Positions 1 to 11,801 of a stretch of 64,000 nucleotides of DNA are shown one piece after another. The notes below the pieces were generated by a model. It was not told where the DNA came from and searched no databases. It saw nothing but the letters and a program-made list of their open reading frames with translations. Positions within the stretch are counted from its first letter, which is position 1, and every line of letters starts with the position of its first letter. Both the position numbers and the translations under genes were made by a program. The stretch spans positions 1,193,566 through 1,257,565 of the forward strand of contig MU004195.1 in assembly GCA_010093605.1 (NCBI GenBank), written 5' to 3'. Source of the DNA: Lophium mytilinum. Lineage: Eukaryota.

Positions 1-218
1 CGAAGGCGGAGCTTATGGACATTGTGTCTAATCCAACATCTCACACACCAGATGATCTTGTTACTGCCCAGTTTGGTATGTGGTCAGCATCTGGTTCAAC
101 GCGCGTACCGGAAGAGAAGGCTGCTGCTCACAAGGAGAAGTTTTTCGCGGGTCTCCAGTTCCAATCGATAGAGGAAATATTATCGGCAGTAGAGAAAGAC
201 GCTGAATTTGTAATGTAG
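1..218 (+). CDS. 3' end of a gene entering from outside the window; possibly an NmrA/isoflavone-reductase-like oxidoreductase C-terminus
   Basis: Frame is open from the window edge to TAG at 216-218. The tail (..HKEKFFAGLQFQSIEEIL..) loosely resembles fungal NmrA-like protein ends; the family call is weak. Confidence 0.4.
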   Translation, partial: KAELMDIVSNPTSHTPDDLVTAQFGMWSASGSTRVPEEKAAAHKEKFFAGLQFQSIEEILSAVEKDAEFVM

Positions 219-1030
219 TCGATCTTTTTGCTCATATTGTATGGACGGAATACAACATCAACTCAAGGTCCCAAACGAGTTTCTGCCAGTCCTCTCACAT
301 GATTCTATCATAAAACCCCTAATCTTGAAACCCCAATCCGTCATAACAAACCACGCCCACATCTAAGGCCCTCTCCCTCTCCAACCCTTGGTTACTCCTT
401 CACAATCGCCGAAACCACCACCCCATCCTCGCTCCCCCCCAACTCAACCCCGCGACCACCACCCCGGCCCATGCCACCCGATTCTCCCCCCAACCCCTTC
501 CCATCACGATCTCCACTCGTTTCTAGAGCACATCAACAGCAAGAAGTAGAAAATGCGCTCTGATGAGCTCTGACGTGAATTTCTACATTCGAGAACCTTT
601 TCAAGATGCTCTAAACCTCGATATGTTCCAAGCTAATCATAGTAGTGTACCTAATAGTCACAAACCCTCCCCAAAATCTATTTTCTTGTGCCCTAATTCG
701 CGCTGTCCTCCAGCCTATCCTTCTCGATCAGGACATGGCTCCAACTCTTCTGCATCTGCGTTACACCCGCGTGAGGTGCCTCAATAGTACTTCAAGAATC
801 CGAGCAAGATTCCATTTCCAAAGCTTCTGAATTAGGTAGTCCGAAACTTATTTAGAAACAATGTTTCAAATCTAGCTGCAATTACAATCCCAGCGTACCC
901 TGCTTTGCCGCCGTCTGAAGTCCCTCAACACATCGGGGGAAAATTGAGCAAAATGCTTCGGAGCATCCGACATACAAAGGTATCGAAAGCCGTGAATGCA
1001 CTCCCATTATACAGCTTCCTCTAAAAGTAC

Positions 1031-2566
1031 TTAATGCCCACTCGTCGACAAAATAAACGTCTTCCTCCCCTTCCCAGCCCAAAAAACCGCCGCATAAATA
1101 ATAACAAACACGATAACACACGACACATAATTCATAGTCATAGCCGTCGTAGGAATATACGCCGGGAACGAGTAAAACACCAACGTCAGCAGCGTCCACC
1201 CAATCGTCACGCAATTCGCAACCGGCCCAAACCTAGGCAGCCAGAACGGCCCGGGCGTGATGTTCTTGCGGCCATGTATAAGCAGCGCGATCACACAGGC
1301 GGAGTACGATAGGTATTGCAAGAGGAGTCCGCCGCCGATGAACGCGTTGAAGGCTTCCGTCGATCCGAGGTAGAGGCAGCCGAGGATTGCGACCCACGCG
1401 CAGGACCATAGGTGGGCCCAGATGGGTACGTCGAAGGGTTGGCTTGCTACTAGAGAGAGATGACGGCTGAACGGGAGACCTTTGTCGCATGCGAGGGCCC
1501 AGGCGAGGCGGGATTGCCATGTCTGTATGGAGACGCCGGCACATAGGAAGTTGAACGCCATCAGAGATTCCAGCGCGATGGCGCCCTTCTTGGATCCGAG
1601 ACATTGATAGAAAGCTTCGAGGCTGGGTAGGCCGGTGGGCGTGGAAACGATGTCGTCTAGGTTTGATACGGAGAAGAAGGTAGCGATGGCAATTGGGAGG
1701 CAAGTGCCGACGCCGAGCGCGACAGTCCACATGAGCGCTTTAGGGATGTTTTTCTGCGGCTCTGGCACCTCGTCGGCGAGATGCGTGATGGAGTCTATGC
1801 ATGAGAAGCCCCAGTTCGCGGCTAGTAAGCCGGTGAGGAAGGCGATTCCATCGCTCCAGCCTGAACTGTTCTCGTACGCGACGAAGACGAACTCTGCGGA
1901 TTGTTTGGTTGGGGAGGCGACGAGGACGGAGATGAAGATGGTTATCGTAGCCGCAACAGCGACGACGAGGTTGGCGAGCGCGATCTTGGGAAGGACGCGT
2001 TCCACGCAGTTGAAGATGGCGCAGAAGATGTTGGTGCATTGGTACCCGACGAAGACCATCCATCGATCAATAACGATATCCGGATAGTTCATGGATATCA
2101 TTCCAATCACCATGAGGGGCACTGTAAGCATGGCGGAGGCGCATGTCACTACGGCGCCAGCCCAGCTGAGAAAGGCGACGAGATAGGATAGAGGGCGTCG
2201 GTAACGCTCAGGCGTGAGTCGGGTCATCCAATGGAACTGTCCACCGGCATGGGGGAAAGCGGACGAAAGCTCGGCGAGGGAACACGCAACGCAGGCAGAG
2301 GCCGCGGCCACGACGATGGTACCGTAGATGAATAGGGGAGCGCCTCCGTTAGAGATGCCCGCTGCTAGAGAGGCCAAGAGAGTAATGGGCGCATTGCCGC
2401 AGGTAAATGCAACGGCAAGTAGACTCCAAACGCTGAAAGCCTTCTCTTTGATTGTGTTGGAGGCATAGCCGACCTCGATATTGGATTCGCCGCCGTCGCT
2501 CGAGAGAGCTGGTGTCGCCTTGGATGTTGATATCTCCTTGGTCAGGGGCTCGAGATGGACAGCCAT
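1031..2566 (-). CDS. APC-superfamily amino acid/choline/GABA permease (HNM1/UGA4-like)
   Basis: Intronless, ~511 aa from ATG 2566, ~12 hydrophobic segments, family motifs SLAELSSAFPHAGGQFHW, HLADEVPEPQKNIP and SRLAWALACDKGLPFS. Confidence 0.92.
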   Translation of the reverse strand: MAVHLEPLTKEISTSKATPALSSDGGESNIEVGYASNTIKEKAFSVWSLLAVAFTCGNAPITLLASLAAGISNGGAPLFIYGTIVVAAASACVACSLAELSSAFPHAGGQFHWMTRLTPERYRRPLSYLVAFLSWAGAVVTCASAMLTVPLMVIGMISMNYPDIVIDRWMVFVGYQCTNIFCAIFNCVERVLPKIALANLVVAVAATITIFISVLVASPTKQSAEFVFVAYENSSGWSDGIAFLTGLLAANWGFSCIDSITHLADEVPEPQKNIPKALMWTVALGVGTCLPIAIATFFSVSNLDDIVSTPTGLPSLEAFYQCLGSKKGAIALESLMAFNFLCAGVSIQTWQSRLAWALACDKGLPFSRHLSLVASQPFDVPIWAHLWSCAWVAILGCLYLGSTEAFNAFIGGGLLLQYLSYSACVIALLIHGRKNITPGPFWLPRFGPVANCVTIGWTLLTLVFYSFPAYIPTTAMTMNYVSCVIVFVIIYAAVFWAGKGRKTFILSTSGH

Positions 2567-2838
2567 TGGAGCAGGAATCTTCAAGCTCAAAAAATGGAAG
2601 ATATCAAGAGAGGAAGAAAGAATTGCCTGGGAGAAAGTCGAAGCTCGAGGTACAGCTCATGGTGCAAACTCAAACTATAAAGGATCTGGAAGTAGGGCGA
2701 GGCTGACGCTGCTACGATATATCCCCGTATAAAGCCGTCGACATAGCGATTCAGCGATAATAGCGAAGATCGTAGACACTGGAGGCATCCTAGAAGTCGT
2801 GACTATTTTTCAGCCACGGCATAGTGGCAGTCTAGTCA

Positions 2839-3088
2839 GATAAGGGCGGGTGCAGTGCTAGCGTGTCGTGCCTGGCTGTAGGTCCAGATCAGTATGCGTT
2901 GCGCTTGCCATGAGATACCGTACAGAGATAAGCGCGGCTCGAATATTCTACGGTGTTCATTCTGCTTAGCCTTGACTCTAAAGTGACGCACACTGTTAGG
3001 CGGGAATGTCGCCGAGGGCTTGGATGCAGGTCCACATTGATGTGCGGGACCAAGGAGTGCAAGGGACCCGAACCAAAGATAAGCGCGG
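2839..3088 (+). promoter_or_regulatory. Three GATAAG-N-GCGG elements upstream of the permease
   Basis: GATAAGGGCGG 2839-2849, GATAAGCGCGG 2927-2937, GATAAGCGCGG 3078-3088; HGATAR core plus a CGG triplet. Confidence 0.5.
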
Positions 3089-3309
3089 TTCGAAGAGTGG
3101 GTTCGTTCTCCTTAGCTCGAAGGTAGTTCTAAGTGGCTCGCTAACGCGTCGCTAATAAACACGCTAAACCTAAATAGAACGTATAAGGTCCATGGGCTTT
3201 TTACGGCTTAATGAAGGAAGACATTCGTATCCCGGTGCTTCTAATTGCTATCTGATAGACTACGCTGCATACCCACTACCGCGTTAGTTTGGAGGATAGC
3301 TGATATAGA

Positions 3310-3810
3310 ATCAGAAGAAACAGGACAGAAAAACACCTCCCAAATTACACCGCGTGCACGTAATATTTGCGGCATTGGTGGACCCAGCCAGGCGCTCCCG
3401 GCCTATCTGAATTTGAAAATCACGGATGTTACGTTCTAGAAGGCACAAATCAGACCCAGTAGGCTTCAATTTTGAAGGAAGACCGATTTCGAGGCCAGAG
3501 CAATAGGCATGTGAAAACACCCCCTAAATCATACCACAAGTACATCAGTTTTGGGGGCTTAAGAAACCCAGCGAACCGCCCCTGGTCTATTGAAATTTCA
3601 AAACTGTAGATGTCACCTTCTGCAACGTTTGAATTAGATCCCCTACGGCTTCATATTGGAGGAGTGCTGATATCGAAGCTAGAACAATAGGAACGTGAAA
3701 CGCCCCCCAAATCACGCGACATGCACATCAGTTTTGGGGGCCTAGGAAACCCGGCGAGACGCTCCTGGCCTATTCGAATCTCAAAATCATGGGTGTCATA
3801 CATCTAGAGA
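3310..3810. repeat. Degenerate tandem repeat, 3 copies of ~184 bp
   Basis: Recurring AAACRCCCC..AAATCA..CATCAGTTTTGGGGG..AAACCC..CCTGG.CTAT..AAT.TCAAAA blocks starting near 3331, 3515 and 3698. Confidence 0.8.
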
Positions 3811-3812
3811 CA

Positions 3813-5898
3813 CTACAGCTTATGACACAATGACTCTACCAGCGTAGATTTGTTTATCGCCTGGGTGGAGCGCGGCACGTCGTTGCTAGGATTCTGTGTG
3901 AAGAAGGAAGACGGCTTCAGACTAATCGACATCATCTCCTGAGGCATGACCGGAAAGTCTAAATCATCGAGCAGTCAGTATTTATCGGAATACAGCAGCA
4001 CAGATAGCGCAAGGAAGAACCTACCTTCTGGTCTCGGCACATGTGTCAATCCGAATGAGTGCCAAAGCACCACATCCGTGTTCTTCACATCATCGTCTCG
4101 CGTGGCCCAAACACCCAGCCCAGTATCGACTCTGCTTTGATTCGTGAACTCGCCTGCAGCATACAGCTCGTCCTCCTGGTACTTTGTAACCCAGATTGGC
4201 TTGGACGCGAAGAGTGCGCGTTTCGCGTTGAAAGTGTTCGGCTTCATGATCATCATCTGCGAGGGCATGGCGTGCAGCTTGTAGGCTACTGGCTTGCCTG
4301 AGACTTCATTGAGGATGGACGGATTCTGGATTTTGTACACGCGGGTTTTTTCGACGTCGAGGGTGTAGCCGCCGGCCTTGGTGATAGTTGTCTCTGCAAC
4401 CTTGAACGCACATCCGAAAGGGTCTTCATCCTCGGGACCGGCGGGTACATGATCTTCGTAGATGACGGTGTTGTCATGACCATCAATGGCCGGGTCAACG
4501 CGGATGTTAAACAGATGTTGATGGTTTGCTGCCATCACGCCCGGTGCGACGTTCGTGCCCCATGGAACTTTGGTCCCTTTCCGAATCGGCATGGTACTAA
4601 CAATTCCAGTGGCCCTGAGCTCAAAATGGATGGCCGCAGCCTGGTCGAGTATGAAGGCGAAGATGTACTCGTAATTCGCTACAGTCGCTGTGCATTGGAC
4701 AACTAACTGACGATTCCGGACGACAGAAGTGGTGCCGGTCCGGAAGTTAGTGTGTTTCCAGCCAATGCCAGCATCAACTTCATGCATGCACACTACGTTG
4801 GGCATGGCAACAACATTACCGTCTGCGGCGGTGCGATAGCCGTCGAAATATTTGATGCTTCCGAGACAATCGCAGCCGAGTTTCAACGAGTTCGACATCA
4901 TCCCGAGCCCAGCGTCACCGAGGTCGAAAGCTTGTTTGCGGTGGTATGGGGTCCGTGGATCACCGTAAGGGACTGTCATCTCGCTGAAAGATAAGCGGTA
5001 GAACGTGTTTCGGCCGTCATATGTGACGTTCTGGAGAACAGGACCTTCTCGCATCGTCCAACCAAGGTTGAACTTCCATTTCTGCCAGCTGACATTCCTG
5101 CCGTCCACTTCAAATGAGGGCCCTTGGGGTTGCTGCACCTGAAGAGGTTTGAGATCGGTCCGGAAAGGGTCTTTCAGTAGATTTGCTGAATATTCAACCG
5201 CATTCACGGGTTCCCACGGCCTGGTGGTTTCGGCTTCAGTTCCGTCGCCCAAAGGTAAGTGATCTATCCAGAGCAGCTCTTTAGTGATGGCATCGAATAC
5301 AGGTGAGAAGGGGGCGGGCAAGGAATAGTGATTCGCCTCGGGGTCATCGTTGAGAACAATGTACACATAGCACTGGAAGAGCCGCCGACGCTCAGCAGAA
5401 TCGTCGGTGCCGTATGCCCAAGGGTCATTCACTATGCGAGCTCTGTGCGATGATTAGCTCACATATCCTTTTTCTTCTTGAACATCAATCGTACCCTTTT
5501 GGAAGCTTCAATAGCTCGATCTCCTTGAGTACGTCCGGATGAGTGTTACATGCATGTTCGACCTCGGTCCACTCATCGAAATCTACGGGTCCTTGTATGT
5601 TTTCAAGACTCGTGACAGTCTCAACTTTCCCGGCGGTAACATCGACGCGGGCCTTGTAAAGAAGGTACGGATCCGATAGATGGAAGTAGACTCGAGCACG
5701 TCGGGGCGGAGCGGGAGGCAACGCCCTCCCGAGTCGTTCGGCCTCTAGGTACGGGATAACCTCTGCCTTGGGACAGTCGTATATATCGACGAGCTTGAAG
5801 CGGAGCTTCTGGTCTGAGTACTGAGCGCGCAGGACCTCTACAGCTCTACTAATCTCCGCCGGAGAAATTAGGTCCAGAGGGTGTTTGGTGGGTGCCAT
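3813..5898 (-). CDS. Copper-containing (TPQ) amine oxidase, 3 exons (introns 5443-5494 and 3959-4024)
   Basis: N-terminal HPLD motif, TPQ consensus VANYEY, Cu ligands HQH and the HVPRPEDFPVMP motif reconstituted across intron 2; ends ..LCHKL*. Confidence 0.95.
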
Positions 5899-6115
5899 TG
5901 TGACAAAGAATGTGAGTGAACGCAGGAAAGTGCTGAATCGAGCGCACCGGAAAAGACGAAAGGTTTGATAAAAGCTGAAATCGTGGTAGAAGGTTGCGGA
6001 AATTTGGTTTTATAGCGTTTCCAAACAGTTTGTGCTTAAGGAACCGCGTCCTACTTCCTTCTCCAGGTTAACCTGATGGCCGTACCCGGGCAGCTCGGAG
6101 TACCCATAGTCTCGC

Positions 6116-6328
6116 GACAAGGGCGGTTAAGGATACATAATACTCATGACCCATTCAAAAGATTGATGTCCCGACACGGACTACAAGGGTGGGGCATGAC
6201 TGTGGTGGTGATGATCTGGATTCGTCAAGGAGAGATGTACAGTAGCTGATAAAGGCGGCTACACCCTTGCAGCATATCGGCCACCAACGCCACCATAGTT
6301 TGCATTAGCGGCTGTACGATAGCAGCGG
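6116..6328 (+). promoter_or_regulatory. Three GAYA-N3-GCGG elements in the divergent amine oxidase/dioxygenase promoter
   Basis: GACAAGGGCGG 6116-6126, GATAAAGGCGG 6248-6258, GATAGCAGCGG 6318-6328. Confidence 0.45.
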
Positions 6329-6591
6329 TTAGATACGTAACTACCCCAGGAACTCTGCCGTGAAGCACATCTGGTAAGCTCGGGAGTAAAACGCCCCTCA
6401 CGATTATCGCGCTTCGCGATGGCCATTTGTCTCCGCGGCCATGTTCCCTACCCGAATCCCCTACCCGTCAGTTGTGAGGCTATATAGATTCCCATTTGGT
6501 CTCTCCGTTATCTTTAATTATCCTTGATAAAATCGAAACCCTTCTTTCTAGTACTCTTGATATTCCATTTCATACAAACTCCACCAGCATC

Positions 6592-7619
6592 ATGGCACCC
6601 AGCGCGATCGATCCCACTCCCATCTCCGTATCCACCACAAAACATGCACCCATCGAAATCGACAGCTTCGACGCTGCAACGGCCAACGTCGACTCGATTG
6701 TGCAATCCATGATCAAAAACGGCGGCTGCTACATCCGCAACATCATCAGTCCCGCTGACGCTGCCGCCATCGAGAAAGACGCCCGCCCCTTTCTCGGCTT
6801 CGACGAGGGCTGGAAGCCAGACTTTTGGCCCAAGGAGACGCGGCGGGTTAACGGGCTCGCTGGGAAATCGCGAGTTTTCATGGACAAGATTGCTTCGAAC
6901 CCGCTCTACGAACAAGTGGCGGCTGCGTTCCTGACGACCAAGAGTAAAGCTTGGATCGGGAAAGAGCGAACCGAGTCGACGTCGCACCCGCAGCTTAACA
7001 ATACGCTTGTGTTCTCGATTGGTCCGGGTGCTAAAGATCAGGACCTCCACCGTGATGATATGATTCATCATAAGCAACTACCTGCTATCACGCCGGAGCA
7101 GTATACGTTTGATCGGGATATGGCTATTGGGTTGTTCGTTGCGGGTAAGAAGACTACGCGTGAAAACGGAGCGACCAGGTTTGCTCCTCGCTCCCATCTG
7201 CAAGCGACTGAGACGCCACCGCCAGAGGAGTCGGAGTGTGTATATGCCGAGCTCGATCCCGGCGACGGATTCTTTATGCTTGCGTCTTGCTATCATGGTG
7301 GGTCTGCCAATAAGACCGAGAATGAGGAGAGGTTGCTTTACGGATGCTTTATGACGAGGGGTTGGTTGCGCCAGGTACGTTATCACGATCCCGAGATTGT
7401 TCGTTGGAGCGTAGACTGACACTCTTGCGTGCGTAGGAAGAGAACCAGTACCTCGCCAGCCCGCTCGAGAAGATCAAAGAGATGAATTACACGCCGAAGC
7501 AGCTGAAGATGATGGGCTACAGCGTTAGCGAGCCGTATTTGGGCTGGGTAAATCTCCAGGATCCTCTCAAGGTGGTCATGGGTGTCGAGACCCCGGAGAA
7601 GGATACGCTTGGCTTTTAG
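6592..7619 (+). CDS. Phytanoyl-CoA dioxygenase (PhyH)-family Fe(II)/2-oxoglutarate dioxygenase, 2 exons (intron 7375-7436)
   Basis: HxD (LHRDD), distal His (CYHGGSAN), NGATRF and GWLRQ|EENQYL joined by a GT-AG intron; TATA-like TATATA near 6481. Confidence 0.92.
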
Positions 7620-7949
7620 GCACATGATGTATATAGAAGGGCATTTCTTCCTGGTTGGCCCAGGCCCTTGCCTAACGTCAGTTGAGATTTCAATAAACAT
7701 CAATTTTAACTCACCGTTCTGCTCGACTCTCATGGATCTTCAGCTAGCCTCGACGTTCCTTGCGCTGCAAATGTCACCTCGGAAGTTCACTTCATTTCTT
7801 GTGCGAGTGACGAAGCTTTGCGTTGTCTTAAAATTTCTCATAGCCCGAGAAACGGCATCCATTTGGGCGTGCTGGGCTTCAAGAGCGCCTTGGAGACAGC
7901 TCTCTCATCAAATCAGCAGAATAGTTGATGCGATCAGAGCGGGAACTCA

Positions 7950-9545
7950 TTAAACAGTCAACACAACCAAGTTCATCTCCTTCATGACCACTTCAAATGC
8001 TGCCATGCCGTTCTGATGTCGCGAACTCGCCCATAGGGTCTCCAAAACCTGCAGTAATTGCTCAAAGCAAGTCATCCGCAACGTTTGGCACATTCCGGTG
8101 ATTCGTTGCCGAAGTAAGTCTTGATGCTCCGGCCGTGTGGCGCAAGACCCGAGTACCGCAAGCGGCCAGGTCAATGTCGTGAGAATGGGAGAATCAAGCG
8201 GTATGTGATTCAATTCGTTACCCGCGATGCTCAACGCCTCATCGATGACCCGTAAGATGTCCACAGGCGCCCGAACGAAGATGGCGAAGGATGTATAATG
8301 GAGTATGATAAGTGCTTGTTGGTAGATTTTGCCACCACGGGAGGTGTCATCATGGACATCTTTGGTTGGTTTCCACACAAGGATTTCCTGTAAGAGAGAA
8401 GCAATCGCTGCCTCTTTGGAACGAAATTGAGAGTGACTGGTATCGTGCGCAGCTTGTTTCTCATTTGCTAATTGAAAAATCTGAGGTATCAACTCGAACA
8501 GGTCGCGCGCACAGCCGAAAAGAGGTCCAGTGTGGTCTCTTGGCAAATATGAGAATAGCAACTTAGAATCCTCGTAAACCAGTTGGTGGTAAGGATCACG
8601 CCCTAGAGGGACGCTAAGGAGTATGGCAAGGTAAAGATAGAGCTCGGTGATGAGAGTGCGTAAGCCGGTATCATGTTTTACGGCTGCGATCGTGATCCAC
8701 TGGAGTATGAGAGCACGCGCAGCCTTGAGGTGATGCAGCGTGTTCGAGTTCGTTTCCCCTTTCACAGTCTATCACGCGACGCAGTTGTCAGTGACTAGAT
8801 ACATCCTTCGAGGATGAGAAGGGAATCAAACCTCTGTCAAGCACAGAAACAATATGGCGACAATGAGTGATAGTGCATTCTCTGGGTTCTTTCTGTATCT
8901 GGTGAGCCCGAACTTGAGGCCCCGAATAACCAAAATTTCATGCGTCGGCGCCAGCGTTTTGACATCTGCGGATGCGTCGGATTGCTTGCAAAGATGGGCG
9001 CCACTTAATGCCGCGACTCCCTGCATTATCAAGTCGTCGGACGCCGCCATTGGCATGATATGGGTGATAAAGGGGTTGACTTCGTCGTGCAAGATAGATA
9101 TAGTATTTGCAGTCTTTCTGAGATAGAACTCGCACAGCATCTGGAGAGCCGGGGACACAAATATCACGGGAGGGCTTCGCACGCTCAATAGCGCCCGTGT
9201 CTCTGCTGGAGATGTAATGGCGTGCGACCGGTCCTCAAGTATCGTCGTTGGCTCAGCTATAGTACTGAATATTGCGTCGCATTGGCTGGCTGTTTGGGCA
9301 TCCGGGCAGGTAATCCTTTCGACTCCATCTCTATTACTACCATTCCCACTCTTCTTGTTCGGCAATGGCCAAGTACAGATGAGGAAGTTCCGTTCGCAGC
9401 CTTCGCATGTTGGTTTGACCTCGTCACACTTCTTCTTTCTCAGCCGGCAGCACAGACAACCAACTCTCTTTCTCCTGTGCTTCACTTTCACTGGCGAGGC
9501 GTTCATGTCTCTGCTGGAGAAGGGTTCGGCCAGGGCTGACTCCAT
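7950..9545 (-). CDS. Zn(II)2Cys6 transcription factor with a C-terminal fungal-specific TF domain (intron 8769-8831)
   Basis: CLCCRLRKKKCDEVKPTCEGCERNFLIC zinc cluster; NPF..I.PMA and LTWPLAVLGSC segments typical of Fungal_trans_2-type regulators. Confidence 0.92.
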
Positions 9546-10040
9546 GACATCAAGTAGAGAAGGCTGTTACGTATTTACTCGACGTACGAGCCGGCTTCCG
9601 GGATTTGAGGCAGGGTTCTTCAACCTACACCTAGGTAGGCGGCAGTCCGTGCAGTATGCGTGCATATGCGGGGGAACCTCAAGGTTTGGGAAAAGAATAT
9701 GGATGCGGACAGAGAAATGGGGAGTGCTCAAGATCATGGAGGTCGCTATCACTCGAGTGGGGTACTCTAGCTTATCATGCCTCGTCGAGGTCATTGGGGG
9801 ACCTGACCCCGCTCGATAAACGCGCTTCGAGGGCCGGCCGACCATCTAGAAAAAAGCATGCATAGCCGAGTGCGGCTATCGAGTAGTTGCATGCACATAC
9901 ATACATGCTCAAACGTCGTTCAATATGTCTAGGCCGCAATGAGTGGTATCATGCGGTATATGAGCGACATGCTCCCGCCAACATAGTCAATGTAACGGTA
10001 ATCGTATTGGACCTTATTTTGTGCTCAAGGTCTTTATAAA

Positions 10041-10992
10041 ATGTCACCGATAGAACCCCAAAAAGCTCTGGTTGGAAAGACCGCGATTGTCACTGGCTCC
10101 TCGAGGCACGCGTAGCTACATTCTCTTCTCTAAGACGTAGGACTGACAACAAAATAGAGGCATTGGCGCTGGTATCGCAATTGAGCTGGGCCGAAGAGGA
10201 GCCAACGTTGTCATAAACTACACAAGTCCACGGGGCGCAACAGCCGCACAACAAGTGGTCAAAACTCTCGAATCTGGCGGCAGCAAAGTAGCTTCCGTGC
10301 AAGCCAACGTAGCAGTCGTTTCAGATCTCCAGAAGCTTGTTGATGCTGCGCTTTCGATATCTGAAAACAAGAAGATTGACATCCTCATCCACAATGCGGG
10401 CAGCGGCGATGACTGCTACCTCGCAGATATGACTGAAGACTTCTACAAGAAGCAATCGGACATTAATCTTAAAGGTTCTCGACTTCCACGATAGCGGGTT
10501 GAACTCATGCTGATATCTTTCCACTGAAGCTCCTATTTTCTTGACCCACCTCTGTCTTCCTCACCTTGCACAAGGAGGTCGTATCATCCTCCTCACGTCT
10601 GTTTCCGCACGCCTTGGAGTCCCACAGCAGACCGTTTACGCTGCCACGAAAGCCGCCCTGGAGAGTTGCTGTAAGGTCTGGGCGACGGAGCTTGGCCGGA
10701 AACATGGAGTGACAGTGAACTGCGTCGCGCCGGGGCCAGTCGCAACGGACATGTGGTGGGATAGCGATCCGGCACTCCTCGCAGACTTTCAGCCGATCAT
10801 TGATTCCACCCCGGCAGCTGCACGGGTTGGAGAGGTTGCAGATATAGTCCCGGTTGTACTGTAAGTATCAACCTCCCCAGTGTATCAGAGCGCGTTGCTG
10901 AGCTCGTTGATAGATTTTTGTGCTCGGAGGAGAGCCGATGGGTTACTGGAAGTGTCCTCAGTGCAAGTGGAGGCATGACATTCATTGGGTAA
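10041..10992 (+). CDS. Classical short-chain dehydrogenase/reductase, 4 exons
   Basis: TGSSR|GIG across intron 10106-10157, HNAG, catalytic YAATK, VNCVAPGP, C-terminal WVTGSVLSASGG; further introns near 10474-10529 and 10861-10913. Confidence 0.9.
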
Positions 10993-11126
10993 TAAACGCT
11001 GAGAGAATCTGTTGCCTCTTAGTCGAACTGAAGTTGAGGAGGGGTTATTTCATTTGTCATATATAGACGGATAGAATCGTGAGGGTATCATTTGGATAGC
11101 ACTAGAGAGATATCAGCCATAGAACC

Positions 11127-11801
11127 TCAAACCGCCTTCTTCGCCTCCGCCACCCTCCTCGTCTCCTCTTCCTTGACCACCTCATCAAACGTCCAACTCG
11201 ACGTCATCCCCCCCAGAACATTCCCCAAACACCACTTCCACCACACCGCCGACCCAAACGGCACATTGTACTTATGCAACTTCGGCACCAGAACCAACGC
11301 CGTTGACCCAACGTGCACACACATTGTTTGTATCACGAAGAAAGCCGGTATCCCATACATCCACTCCTTCCTAACCAGCCCCAGCAGGTCTGTATACAGG
11401 TTCCCGCCCATGAACAGTATCCGCACCGTCGGCCACACCAGCACCTTCAACGCGCCCCACAGCGCTACTTTGAGGGTCTTACCGCGGGGCAACCTGTATT
11501 CGGTGATGGTGATGCTGCTTTTGCCGGATTTGGGGCGTAGGCGAGACTCCGCGGCCATCTGGTCGAGGCGGGCGCCGGCGTCGGCAAGGGAGGGGAGGGG
11601 TGGCGAGAAGGGGATCTCGCGCGTAGAGTGTAGGAGGTATGTTTCTGGGGTGCCGTTTGCATAGTTGACTGTTATGGAGGTGGGCGTGAGGGCCGTGACG
11701 AGGATCGAGTGGGCGTCGAAGGCGGAGAAGAGGTGGGCGAGTATGGTTGAGATGGACGCTTTGTGGTCGGAGTTGAGCCTGGGGAGGTCTGGAGATACCA
11801 T
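11127..11801 (-). CDS. DUF2470-like protein with C-terminal membrane segments
   Basis: 224-aa ORF with LNSDH..SI..IL.H and IPFSPPL....A.ARL..MA.ES patterns resembling fungal DUF2470 proteins; hydrophobic C-terminal half. Confidence 0.65.
   Translation of the reverse strand: MVSPDLPRLNSDHKASISTILAHLFSAFDAHSILVTALTPTSITVNYANGTPETYLLHSTREIPFSPPLPSLADAGARLDQMAAESRLRPKSGKSSITITEYRLPRGKTLKVALWGALKVLVWPTVRILFMGGNLYTDLLGLVRKEWMYGIPAFFVIQTMCVHVGSTALVLVPKLHKYNVPFGSAVWWKWCLGNVLGGMTSSWTFDEVVKEEETRRVAEAKKAV

Noticed and set aside
560..880. Possible degenerate copy of the island repeat
   Set aside because: Only very short matches (e.g. GGTAGTCC); not supportable by eye
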